A DNA stretch of 64,000 nucleotides. Origin: Candidatus Peregrinibacteria bacterium. GTDB lineage: Bacteria; Patescibacteriota; Gracilibacteria; Peribacterales; Peribacteraceae. The first letter of the stretch is position 1, and each line of letters begins with the position of its first letter. Position numbers and translations under genes: made by a program. The notes beneath the pieces were generated by a model. That model ran no database searches, was not told the DNA's origin, and saw nothing but the letters and a program-made list of their open reading frames with translations. Positions 17,042-25,820 of this stretch are shown here, piece after piece. Location: NCBI GenBank assembly GCA_037143575.1, contig JBAWYM010000001.1:8327-72326 (forward strand), read 5' to 3'.

Positions 17042-17129
17042 TATCCATAGGATAGTATGAAGGGAACAGTATTCAGTATTATGGGATCACAAACGAACCC
17101 TTATCGCTGTATACTTGCCCCTTACCCCA

Positions 17130-18566
17130 TCATTCGATCTCCCTCAGCTGCACCGTCGTCACGTGTGCATCGCCTTTCGCGAGGACATCCGTGAGAAGAA
17201 CAACACGCATACCACCCTTGATCAATCCCGCCTTCTTGGCACCATCCAGAGAATCCTCGATAGTTTTCTCGGGCAAAGCGAAGGGAACAACGAGCGGGAA
17301 GATACCGTACACGATCGTGAGAGAGTGCTGAACTGCCGCTGTGGGCGTACAGGCGATGACGGGCAAATCTGGGCGGAATCGAGCTACTTCGCGGGCCGTT
17401 TGGCCGGAACGGGTGATAACGATCATCGCATCGGCTTCGGTGGTCTTGGCGAGACGCACAGCCGCTTCAGCTCGTGCATCGCGATCATTACGGATAGCGA
17501 TATCATCGAAATGATGGAAACGAAATTCCCGTGTCTCCGTGGCGCGGATAATGCGGTCCATCATCTCCACGCACTTCACCGGATGCTTGCCGGCCGCCGT
17601 TTCACCAGAGAGCATGGTGGTATCCGTCCGGGTCGCTGTCGCATGTGCCACATCGGTAACCTCCGCACGGGTCGGCAACGGAAACGCACTCATACTTTCA
17701 AGCATGTGCGTCGCGACGATCACGGGCTTGCCGGCATCGATACAGAGCGACACAATCTCATCCTGATACGCAGGAAGCTCCTCAATCGGAATATCCGTTC
17801 CGAGATCACCGCGCGCAACCATAATGGCATCGGACGCATCGATGATCTCCCGGAGATTCTTCCCGACGGCAACCTTCGTCTCGATCTTCGTAATGATCTG
17901 CATCGCACTCTTCTTTTTCATGAGAAGTGCACGAACTTCTTCGATTTCTTCCGCAGTACGGATGAAGGACAGTGCAACGGCATCCACGCCCTCGTCGGCA
18001 CCGTAGGCGATGTCGTCCCAGTCCTTCTGCGTAAGTGATGGAAGATCAATATCGGCGCCGGGAAGATTAATGTGGCGGCGGGAACCGATGGATCCAGCGT
18101 CGAGAGCCTTGGCGATGACGGCGCCATCCTTCTCGATGGAGACAATATCAAAGGAAATACTGCCATTATCGAGGAGGATGCTCTTGGTCTCACGAACATC
18201 CTGCGCGAAACTATCGTAGTTCACTTCGATGACGGCACGATTTTTCGGATCCTGATATTTGGGATTACTGGAGAAGACCACTTCCTGTCCCAGAGCGATG
18301 GGAATCGGCTGAATGACAACGCCGCTGCGAATCTCCGCCCCGCGGGTATCCATGAAGTGCCCGATGCAATAGCCCTCTTCGTTCAAACGACGAATATGCG
18401 CAATGACGGCGGCGTGCTCCTCACGCTTGCCATGCGAAAGGTTGATGCGGGCGATATTCATGCCTGCCTCTGCCAGAGCGCGGATCTGCTCATACGTATC
18501 GGATGCCGGGCCAAGAGTACAAATGATCTTGGTGAGGCGGGAAGTTTTGGAAGAAGTGGTATTCAT
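17130..18566 (-). CDS. pyk: Pyruvate kinase
   Basis: TKIICTLGPAS and MVARGDLG motifs. ATG at 18566. Confidence 0.9.
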   Translation of the reverse strand: MNTTSSKTSRLTKIICTLGPASDTYEQIRALAEAGMNIARINLSHGKREEHAAVIAHIRRLNEEGYCIGHFMDTRGAEIRSGVVIQPIPIALGQEVVFSSNPKYQDPKNRAVIEVNYDSFAQDVRETKSILLDNGSISFDIVSIEKDGAVIAKALDAGSIGSRRHINLPGADIDLPSLTQKDWDDIAYGADEGVDAVALSFIRTAEEIEEVRALLMKKKSAMQIITKIETKVAVGKNLREIIDASDAIMVARGDLGTDIPIEELPAYQDEIVSLCIDAGKPVIVATHMLESMSAFPLPTRAEVTDVAHATATRTDTTMLSGETAAGKHPVKCVEMMDRIIRATETREFRFHHFDDIAIRNDRDARAEAAVRLAKTTEADAMIVITRSGQTAREVARFRPDLPVIACTPTAAVQHSLTIVYGIFPLVVPFALPEKTIEDSLDGAKKAGLIKGGMRVVLLTDVLAKGDAHVTTVQLREIE

Positions 18567-18776
18567 GAGAAGATGATAACAGGAGTAGAAATAGAACGTT
18601 AACAAATCAGGAGAGTCGCATGAGCAATAAGAATGCAAATAGTGCACTCATGATATCTACGAAACTGAAGACAACAATGCCGGCAAGGATGAATGAATGG
18701 CTTTTGAGAATATGCATGTATGTATATTATGACATACATTGTAACTATTTGCAATTTCGTCACTTCCTCGTAAACG

Positions 18777-18796
18777 AAAAGCCCCCCAAGGGGGGC
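18777..18796 (-). terminator. Intrinsic terminator (GCCCCCC-TT-GGGGGGC + TTTT on minus strand)
   Basis: 7-bp G/C stem with the T-run on the minus strand, about 100 nt after the stop at 18897. Confidence 0.6.
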
Positions 18797-18896
18797 TATC
18801 GTCTCCTCCTGATACGGCTTCCTGATTTCCTGCCGTGATAATTCAGGTCATCGTAAGTATGCATTCTCCGCAATGTTCGCCGTTCCGAAATTCAGA

Positions 18897-19406
18897 TCAA
18901 TAGTAATACATCGGTGCGTCGTAGGTCTGCTGGTAATAGCGACGCATGGGGGTACCGGGGGACGTGTACCGCGCATCGGACCACTGGTAATCGCAGGGAG
19001 TGGATCCGTAGTACGCACCGGAGATCCCACAATTATTCGACCCATTGTACGAGGTGTTGTAGTACGGGCTTACGACACCAGAGGTGATATACGGGCTCCT
19101 GTAGACGGGCTGGTTGGTATCACAGCCGTTGTAGTACGAATTGCAGTTATTGGAATTATAGTATGTGGATCCATTCTGATATCCCGTGTTGTAAGAATTG
19201 CGCTGATTGGAGCGGCTGCTTGTCTGATAAGCATCACAGGTATATTGCTGGCAGGATCCATTGGGATCTGAGAAGAGACAAACACAATCATATGTGTAAT
19301 TCTGTGATCGGCCTGCAGAGCCACGCGTGTAATTCCCTGCAAGAGCAATCGGAGAAAGAGCAAAAAGTGAGAGGAGCGTGCCGATGGCAATCAAAGGCTT
19401 GTTCAT
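18897..19406 (-). CDS. Secreted Tyr/Asn/Ser/Cys-rich low-complexity protein
   Basis: ATG at 19406 gives MNKPLIAIGTLLSLFALSPIALA (signal peptide). The mature part is dominated by Y, N, S, G and C. Confidence 0.5.
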   Translation of the reverse strand: MNKPLIAIGTLLSLFALSPIALAGNYTRGSAGRSQNYTYDCVCLFSDPNGSCQQYTCDAYQTSSRSNQRNSYNTGYQNGSTYYNSNNCNSYYNGCDTNQPVYRSPYITSGVVSPYYNTSYNGSNNCGISGAYYGSTPCDYQWSDARYTSPGTPMRRYYQQTYDAPMYYY

Positions 19407-19594
19407 ACGATGGGAGGGAAGAGTAAAATGAAGACTGAAGAAGGAAATCATCATTATGCTCTGATCATCTTTGGTCAAGAATGACTGGTAGACACTTTGC
19501 AGGTATTAGTTCTTTGTTATTATTTTGGAATGAAGGAAGAGAAAAGGAAGGAAAGGATTGAAATGAACATCAGAACCGAGACTCCCTTCACAGT

Positions 19595-20143
19595 TTACCA
19601 CTGCACCTTCTGCGGCATGATCTGCTGGCGCAGCTGCAGCTCGTATTCCGTCATGGCGATATCGAGCTCATTATTCTCCGAATCCCGTCGCAGAGAAATG
19701 CGCTTCAGTCTCTGCGTATGAGCGGTACTGGTCAGCTGACGAATTCTCGTGAGTATCTTCAGATTCCCCTGCAGCCTCTGATATTCCTCCGCCTGATTCT
19801 TGTCACCGGAGAGCTGGCTGATTATGAGCTGTACCATGGAGATTTCGCGCTCCATCCGGAGATCCGCATCCTTCCAGCGATAATTCTCATCATTCACCAG
19901 AGCATCATCGCAGGCTTTGATCTCTGCACGACGTTTATCGATCGTCAACTTGTACGACGCAATCTGAGCAGTGATCTCCGTCTCCTGTTCTGCCTGCCTG
20001 CACTTCAGTCCGGCTGCAGATCCCTGTTTCTGCTGGATGGCGTCACAGCTCTGCGCTGCCTGAGCGCTTCCGGCGATCATCAGTGATCCGATCAACATGC
20101 CCATGATGGTGAGGCGCAAACGCAAGGAAAGTATTCCTAACAT
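19595..20143 (-). CDS. Secreted coiled-coil hypothetical protein
   Basis: Signal-like N-terminus ending SAQAAQ, then a charged helical sequence. No family recognised. Confidence 0.5.
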   Translation of the reverse strand: MLGILSLRLRLTIMGMLIGSLMIAGSAQAAQSCDAIQQKQGSAAGLKCRQAEQETEITAQIASYKLTIDKRRAEIKACDDALVNDENYRWKDADLRMEREISMVQLIISQLSGDKNQAEEYQRLQGNLKILTRIRQLTSTAHTQRLKRISLRRDSENNELDIAMTEYELQLRQQIMPQKVQW

Positions 20144-20212
20144 GAAGACTCTCCCATCGAAAGCCAAAGACTATTGTTCTTTCGATAGGATGATTGCGTA
20201 GTATTCGATGAG

Positions 20213-20788
20213 TTACGGCGTTTTCCCCTGACGGAAGAACTCCTCGATCGACGCAATACGGGTACGGGCAAGCTCCCGCAAATGCATCAGCTGCTCGTAG
20301 CGCTGCGAAATGAGTGGTGTGAAGTGGACGCGAACTTCCGTCTCCTGCGCCTCCAGGATCAGACTTCCGTACCCCAGGAGATTTTGGATGATGCCATGCT
20401 GCCGTTTGTGAATATCCTGAATCACCCAGAGATCGGTGGATTCGTGATCATCGGTGGTGATGAGCGTCTTCTTGATCCGGTGGAGCTTCTTGTCCGTCAC
20501 CACGATCACGTAGAGAAGGTAATGAAACCAGCGATCGAGGTATTCGAAATGCGAAAGCAGGAAAAAGGCGGTAAGAATGAGAAGAATTGTCTGGCGTATG
20601 TACGGCTCATTCAAGGATCCAGTTCCCAGGATGGCGAATCCCGCGGCAACAATCAGCACATTCCAGAGGATCAAACGAAACGTGGGCCACAGCATCCTGA
20701 TCCAGTGCTGATGGAAGTAAAACTGGAAGTGCTCCTCTTCATCCTTCCCCTGGAAGCGGTAGCCGGCGGTGCGATCGGAGATCATCAT
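20213..20788 (-). CDS. Membrane protein with bacterial PH-like C-terminal domain
   Basis: Two transmembrane helices followed by DLWVIQDIHKRQHGIIQNLLGYGSLILE, which resembles YdbS/YdbT-type bPH domains. Confidence 0.5.
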   Translation of the reverse strand: MMISDRTAGYRFQGKDEEEHFQFYFHQHWIRMLWPTFRLILWNVLIVAAGFAILGTGSLNEPYIRQTILLILTAFFLLSHFEYLDRWFHYLLYVIVVTDKKLHRIKKTLITTDDHESTDLWVIQDIHKRQHGIIQNLLGYGSLILEAQETEVRVHFTPLISQRYEQLMHLRELARTRIASIEEFFRQGKTP

Positions 20789-20828
20789 GATTTCAGGGAA
20801 GATGCAGTGAAGAAGTGAAAGTGGAAAG

Positions 20829-21107
20829 TCATGGCCACAAGAAGATGTAAGCAATGACGATGACCGCGATGAGGAAAGAAATATGCAGGATCATGGCGAG
20901 GCGATTTCTCCAGATCGTGTAGTAACTGAAGAACGTACGCTCGCCCTGATTGGGGAGGCAGATCTGATGGAATCTTCTATTGAAAAGCATCCACATCGTT
21001 CCCTCGATCAGGAGAATGAAGACGATCCAACTGCCGATGGCGATCCAGAGGGAGGACATCGACTGTCCATTATACACCCTGATCCCAGAGGACAGGAACA
21101 TGCGCAC
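20829..21107 (-). CDS. Small membrane protein (hypothetical)
   Basis: Two hydrophobic helices. The start could instead be ATG 21059. Confidence 0.4.
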   Translation of the reverse strand: MRMFLSSGIRVYNGQSMSSLWIAIGSWIVFILLIEGTMWMLFNRRFHQICLPNQGERTFFSYYTIWRNRLAMILHISFLIAVIVIAYIFLWP

Positions 21108-21143
21108 CGATTACGGCATGGTCAGGCTTCAGCTCATGGCGGC

Positions 21144-21172
21144 GCCACGTGCGGCGCAGGCGTTATACGTGG
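21144..21172 (-). repeat. Conserved tRNA 3'-trailer hairpin GCCACGTGCGGCGCAGGCGTTATACGTGG
   Basis: Overlaps the CCA end of tRNA-Arg. Other copies are at 25593-25621, 25718-25746 and 33078-33106. Confidence 0.8.
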
Positions 21173-21246
21173 TACCCCCGGCAGGACTCGAACCTGCGGC
21201 CAACAGGTTAGAAACCTGCTGCTCTATCCAACTGAGCTACGGGGGC
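21170..21246 (-). tRNA. tRNA-Arg (anticodon TCT), CCA encoded
   Basis: Hand-folded cloverleaf: acceptor GCCCCCG/CGGGGGT, D arm GCTC-AGTTGGATA-GAGC, anticodon loop TTTCTAA, T arm GCAGG-TTCGAGT-CCTGC. Confidence 0.9.
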
Positions 21247-21289
21247 ACATGATGCGAAACAAGGATCGGACATCCACTGAAAGACCATA

Positions 21290-21321
21290 CTGTCATCCTG
21301 AGCGTAGTCGAAGGATGACAG
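21290..21321. repeat. Palindromic REP-like element CTGTCATCCTGAGCGTAGTCGAAGGATGACAG
   Basis: Read directly from the sequence. Same family as 1628-1760. Confidence 0.85.
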
Positions 21322-21405
21322 GTGGATGCTGAATGAATTATACCACAAAACACACCCAATCTTTTAAATGGAGGAGGATCACCATCGAAATAGTGACCTC
21401 CGAAA

Positions 21406-23442
21406 CTAACCCTCCCCCATCACTTTCTCCGCAGCCTTCCTCACCCGGATCACAAATTCCGGCTGGAAGAATTTGCTGAGCATCGGACCGGAGAATCCGC
21501 TCTGCCGCAGTCCGAAGAGCTCTCCGGGGCCGCGGATTTTCAAATCGATTTCTGCAAGGATGAATCCATTATTGTGCTTCTCCATCGCTTTGAGTCGCTG
21601 CGAATGGGATTGCTCGGGAGTGGTGGTGAAGAGGAAACAATGACTTTGGAAATCACTGCGCCCCACTCTCCCGCGAAACTGATGCAGCTGAGCGAGGCCG
21701 AAGCGCTCCGCTCCTTCGATGAGAATAATCGTCGCATTGGGGATATCGATTCCCACTTCGATCACCGAGGTCGATACGAGAATATCGAACTTCCTGTCCT
21801 TGAATTCCCGCATGATCCGCTCCTTGTCCTTGGGAACCATCTGCCCGTGGAGTGCGATGATCCGACGTCGCGGAAAGCTCTGTTTTAGGCGCTTCTCCTC
21901 ACTCTCCACACTCTTGATCTCTAGCATCTCCGGGTCCTTGGATTCTCCGATGAGCGGGCAGATGACGAAGACCTGCCTCCCCTCCCCTATCTCGTGATCC
22001 ACGAAGTGCTCGACGGTGATGCGATCGAGCGGAGAGGTGACTTTGGTGTGAATGACTTTGCGATTCCCCGGCTTCTCCAGGAGAACCGAAAGATCGTGAT
22101 GGCCGTACGCGGTCAGCGCCAGAGTGCGCGGAATGGGAGTAGCAGTCATGGCGAGGAAATGCGGATTGCCCTTCTCCGTGAGCTTGGTGCGCTGCTCCAC
22201 GCCGAAGCGATGCTGCTCGTCAACGATTACAAGCTTGAGATCGTGGAAGGACACGGAATCCTGGATCAGTGCGTGTGTTCCGATCAGAACGTCAACCGTC
22301 CCGAGAGCGATATCATGGCGGACGGCGTCTGCTTCCCCTTGCGTGAGCGATCCGGTCAGCAAAGCAACACGCGGCATCCGGTAGGCTGGAACAGGCTCCC
22401 CTGCCCTCTTGCGCTCCTGGAGAAAATTATGCAGTCCGATCAATGTACGCCCGACCGTTTCGCAGTGCTGCCTCGCAAGCACTTCGGTGGGAACCATGAA
22501 GGCACACTGGCCTCCGGTCGAAAGCACATTCGCCATGACTGCCGTCGCCACAAGAGTTTTTCCAGAGCCGACATCCCCTTCCAGTAACCGCGACATCGCG
22601 ACGTCCTTCTCCATGTCTTTGAGAATTTCGTAAATCGCGATCTTCTGACTAGCCGTGGGCGTGAACTTCAGCGAGGCAAAGAACACTTTGATCAGCTCCA
22701 CATTCATCGGGATCTTCAGGCGTTCCTGCCGTACACGCTGCCATTCCTGACGACGATGGAGCGCATCCATCTGCATGTTGTAGAGCTCCTCGAAGGCGAT
22801 GCGCTCGAGGGCTTTTTCGACATCTTCGGGTTTGTCGGGGAAGTGTAGCGTTTCGATGGCCTCGGTTCGGGTCATCAGCTTCTCCTCGGCCAGAATCTCC
22901 TTCGGCAATGTCTCCGGAAGATTCTTCATCAACGGTCGCACAAGTGCCATCTTCTCGCGGAGCCACTTGGTATTGATGATGGCGTGCTGCGGATAAAGAG
23001 GAACCAGACGTCCGGCATGGACGAGCGGCTTGGAACCGGCCTTCTCGAATGTCGGGCTCTTCATCTTCAGCGCGTACCCGTCTTCCACGATCTTGCCCGT
23101 CAGGACGACCTCGTCATCTTCCTTGAGCATCCGCATGATGTGCGGCTGGTTGAACCACGTCACTTCCAGCGACGCTCCGTCACTGTCGGTGAGGAGCGCT
23201 TTCACGAGCCTCTTGCCTGCCCGCAACCGCACGAGCTCAATGCGGCTGATCGTTCCGCGCACCGTTGTCTTCTCATTGAGAACAGCCTGCTCGATGGTGT
23301 GAATCTGACTGAGGTCTTCGTGGCTGCGTGGCAAAAAGAGAATCATCTGCTCCACCGTCCTGATTCCCATCTCCTCCAATGCCAGCACGTGCGCCGTCGT
23401 CGTGTGCAGAACGGTGCTGAGAGGAGAGGTGAGGTCCATCAT
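21406..23442 (-). CDS. recG: ATP-dependent DNA helicase RecG
   Basis: GDVGSGKT (Walker A), VIVDEQHRFG (DEQH) and an N-terminal wedge-like region. Length is typical of RecG. Confidence 0.9.
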   Translation of the reverse strand: MMDLTSPLSTVLHTTTAHVLALEEMGIRTVEQMILFLPRSHEDLSQIHTIEQAVLNEKTTVRGTISRIELVRLRAGKRLVKALLTDSDGASLEVTWFNQPHIMRMLKEDDEVVLTGKIVEDGYALKMKSPTFEKAGSKPLVHAGRLVPLYPQHAIINTKWLREKMALVRPLMKNLPETLPKEILAEEKLMTRTEAIETLHFPDKPEDVEKALERIAFEELYNMQMDALHRRQEWQRVRQERLKIPMNVELIKVFFASLKFTPTASQKIAIYEILKDMEKDVAMSRLLEGDVGSGKTLVATAVMANVLSTGGQCAFMVPTEVLARQHCETVGRTLIGLHNFLQERKRAGEPVPAYRMPRVALLTGSLTQGEADAVRHDIALGTVDVLIGTHALIQDSVSFHDLKLVIVDEQHRFGVEQRTKLTEKGNPHFLAMTATPIPRTLALTAYGHHDLSVLLEKPGNRKVIHTKVTSPLDRITVEHFVDHEIGEGRQVFVICPLIGESKDPEMLEIKSVESEEKRLKQSFPRRRIIALHGQMVPKDKERIMREFKDRKFDILVSTSVIEVGIDIPNATIILIEGAERFGLAQLHQFRGRVGRSDFQSHCFLFTTTPEQSHSQRLKAMEKHNNGFILAEIDLKIRGPGELFGLRQSGFSGPMLSKFFQPEFVIRVRKAAEKVMGEG

Positions 23443-24353
23443 GGCAAGTATAACCTACCATCAACGCTCACCGTGACATCCGTCACCACACGAAACTGCT
23501 TCGCGGTACGCACAATCTGATCCAGCATTCCCCTCTCGCGACAGGTTGTTCCGCTGCCGGATGCTGCGATACCAACGATATTCACAGACAAATTCCCCTT
23601 TCGCAAATCCAGAGATTGCAGCCCTGCTCCTTCGGGAATCTGTGTGAAAAATGCCTGTCGAAGGTCCAGCTCCGTCGGTCCCTTGAGCAATTCCGCAATG
23701 GCTCCTCGCAGCGGATCATCCGTCAACGGAAGCCGGCGGACCACTGGATACGACACATCGCAGAATGCATCTGCAGGATTGCGCTCAGCATTGCTGAAGT
23801 AGACCTTCACATCCTGCGACGGGATGGAGGCAAATCGGATGGGGATGAGAACGGAAGTCATGAACTTCATTCTTCGGGAATACAGGGAAACATCGAGAAT
23901 TCCGCCGGTTCCTTGCGGAACATCGTAACTCAGATATTCATCGAAATGCACAAACTTCCCTGAACCCGCAGAAGGGTAATGCCGGATAACCTCCGTGAGC
24001 GAGGAGCCGTCACGATCCAGGAGAGCAAGCTGGAGAATATTCCCGCTCCCGATGATCGCATCACCCACAATGTGCAGAGGAAGATCGATGGATGCTCCCT
24101 GAGACGGGGCGAAGATCCGAATGGGTGAAGAGACGTCCTCCCAGAACATCCGCACTCCGGCACGACATTGGCGCGGAAAAGTGGGGATGATGGGAAAGCC
24201 GGCAGTCTCACACGAAACAAAATCCGTCGCCTTCGACAGGGAATTGAGAGAGAAGAACACGCAGCCGGGACCCGTACACGCAATCGTGAGATACACAATG
24301 GCCATCACCAGACCCACGCAACCGATGACCAGCATTTGCAGAATGGCCCTCAT
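23439..24353 (-). CDS. GerMN-domain protein with N-terminal Ig-like (Gmad2-type) domain, membrane anchored
   Basis: VKVYFSN...C..SYPVVRRLP...PLRGAIAELLKGPT...IPEGAGLQS pattern of GerMN. N-terminal transmembrane helix. Its end overlaps the recG start (ATGA). Confidence 0.6.
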   Translation of the reverse strand: MRAILQMLVIGCVGLVMAIVYLTIACTGPGCVFFSLNSLSKATDFVSCETAGFPIIPTFPRQCRAGVRMFWEDVSSPIRIFAPSQGASIDLPLHIVGDAIIGSGNILQLALLDRDGSSLTEVIRHYPSAGSGKFVHFDEYLSYDVPQGTGGILDVSLYSRRMKFMTSVLIPIRFASIPSQDVKVYFSNAERNPADAFCDVSYPVVRRLPLTDDPLRGAIAELLKGPTELDLRQAFFTQIPEGAGLQSLDLRKGNLSVNIVGIAASGSGTTCRERGMLDQIVRTAKQFRVVTDVTVSVDGRLYLP

Positions 24354-24429
24354 AAATACATACGGTATCGAATATGAGCCTCAATGGCTATTGCGCATTT
24401 TCTCTGATCTCAGATTCTGCGGCTGAGAT

Positions 24430-25221
24430 CTACACTCCGAAAGATGTGCGAATCTTTTCCAGCTTTTCTCTGTATTTTCCTTCAATAGCAGTACCAGTAT
24501 TAAAGATCCTATCGATGGCAAATATCTGATTCGATATCCAGTTGCACATCAATCGCACCGTGCCAGATCGAGCTGCTGCATCCATTGATTGGAAATAGTC
24601 TTTCTGTTGCAGGAAATATAATGCCGCGATCATTTTTTCAATCCGTCGGATCTTGGCATTAGCTTCGATAAGCTCATGGTTGTCCTCCAGGTTTTGACCT
24701 TCCTCTGTATGATCGATATCCTCTTCCTGTTCCTCTGGAGAAATGAACAAATACGGTTGTGCATTCACAGAATCAATATCCACTGCGGAGTACAGGGCGT
24801 CCAGAAACATAATTGCATGTTCCGCCTTCATGTAACGTCTCCATTCCGTTGATTGTATTTCATGCTGTGCCTGTGCCAACCTTAAATCAGGTAACATCGC
24901 GACATATCTCTGTGGGTCTGCGACATTTCCAGTTTCCAAAGCACAATCGATATCTTTTTGCAGTCCCCTCAATAGATCATTGATGCTTTCTGCAGGTACT
25001 GAGAGACAGGAAAGAACTTGCTTTCTTGTTTCATTGTAGGGCCTTTGCAGAGTTAAGTCGGCACCGTATCCCCCTTCATTCAGATACTGAAAATCGGCAA
25101 AAACGCGAAGGTGCTCTGCCTCTTTCATCAGCTGTAGTGCCTTTTCAGTATCCATCACATTCGCTGCGTCACGAGCTTCTCGGAGTAACTCAAAAGTTTT
25201 ATCCTGAATAATGTTATTCAT
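24430..25221 (-). CDS. Hypothetical protein (263 aa)
   Basis: Clean ORF, visibly A/T-richer than the flanks. No family recognised. Confidence 0.55.
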   Translation of the reverse strand: MNNIIQDKTFELLREARDAANVMDTEKALQLMKEAEHLRVFADFQYLNEGGYGADLTLQRPYNETRKQVLSCLSVPAESINDLLRGLQKDIDCALETGNVADPQRYVAMLPDLRLAQAQHEIQSTEWRRYMKAEHAIMFLDALYSAVDIDSVNAQPYLFISPEEQEEDIDHTEEGQNLEDNHELIEANAKIRRIEKMIAALYFLQQKDYFQSMDAAARSGTVRLMCNWISNQIFAIDRIFNTGTAIEGKYREKLEKIRTSFGV

Positions 25222-25227
25222 ATTAAC

Positions 25228-25257
25228 ATTATAACATAGTTAGTGCATGAATGTCGA
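25228..25257 (-). promoter_or_regulatory. Promoter TCGACA-N18-TATAAT, 6 nt before ATG 25221 (leaderless)
   Basis: Perfect -10 hexamer on the minus strand (plus-strand attata at 25228-25233). Exactly 6 nt to the start codon. Confidence 0.5.
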
Positions 25258-25289
25258 ATCTGGATAAATGGCTTTCTATGAGGAGAAAC

Positions 25290-25590
25290 GGGGGCAGCGC
25301 TCAATGAATAACCCCGCACTCTAAGTGCGAGGTATCCCCGCCCAGTCTGCAGAACTAAGTTTGTGATGTTTTCAAAGTAATTCAAAAACCGTCCACCCCC
25401 AGCAGAGGAACCATTCTACCGACGAGGATCATGATCAATCACTTGCATCAGATAGCTATGAGCAGACGTAGGTTTACCCCGCTCTCGAAGAGCGAGGTAT
25501 CACGGAATGAATAGCCTGGCGGTGCCCCGTATAGGGGACGTGTCCCCACGGGGACTATACGTCCACGTGCGCCCTCAGGATGATGTGGCC
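25290..25590. other. Structured non-coding region with paired hairpin motifs
   Basis: There is no ORF of 60 aa or more. CCCCGC-hairpin-GAGGTATC occurs twice (25312-25336 and 25477-25501) with a compensatory A:T to T:A swap in the stem. Nested hairpins lie at 25527-25568. Confidence 0.3.
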
Positions 25591-25637
25591 GTGCCACGTG
25601 CGCCGCAGGCGTTATACGTGGTCGGGGCGAAAGGACT
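25591..25637 (-). repeat. Duplicate of tRNA-Pro 3' end (19 nt) plus trailer hairpin
   Basis: 47 nt that closely match 25716-25762 (a few mismatches). Beyond it the tRNA sequence is replaced by CCTTCGGCTCGCTC..GCTCAGGATAAAC. Confidence 0.8.
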
Positions 25638-25717
25638 TCCTTCGGCTCGCTCCGCTCGCTCAGGATAAACTTCTCGTCCTTTTTTCAGAGAGAAAATCTG
25701 CAAAATGATCTGGCTGT

Positions 25718-25746
25718 GCCACGTGCGGCGCAGCCGTTTTACGTGG
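25718..25746 (-). repeat. Conserved tRNA 3'-trailer hairpin (copy at tRNA-Pro)
   Basis: GCCACGTGCGGCGCAGCCGTTTTACGTGG, overlapping the CCA end of tRNA-Pro. Confidence 0.8.
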
Positions 25747-25820
25747 TCGGGGCGAAAGGACTCGAACCTTCGACCTTACGGTCCCGAACCGTACGCTCTA
25801 GCCAACTGAGCTACGCCCCG
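25744..25820 (-). tRNA. tRNA-Pro (anticodon CGG), CCA encoded
   Basis: Hand-folded: acceptor CGGGGCG/CGCCCCG, D arm GCTC-AGTTGGCTA-GAGC, anticodon loop TTCGGGA, T arm GAAGG-TTCGAGT-CCTTT. Confidence 0.9.

Noticed and set aside
25625-25645. GAAGGAAGTCC (minus strand), which resembles the RNase P RNA CR-I motif GAGGAAAGUCC.
   Set aside because: The match is produced by the duplicated tRNA-Pro 3' fragment (AGTCCTTTCGCCCCGACCA) joined to a repeat. No other RNase P conserved regions are nearby.
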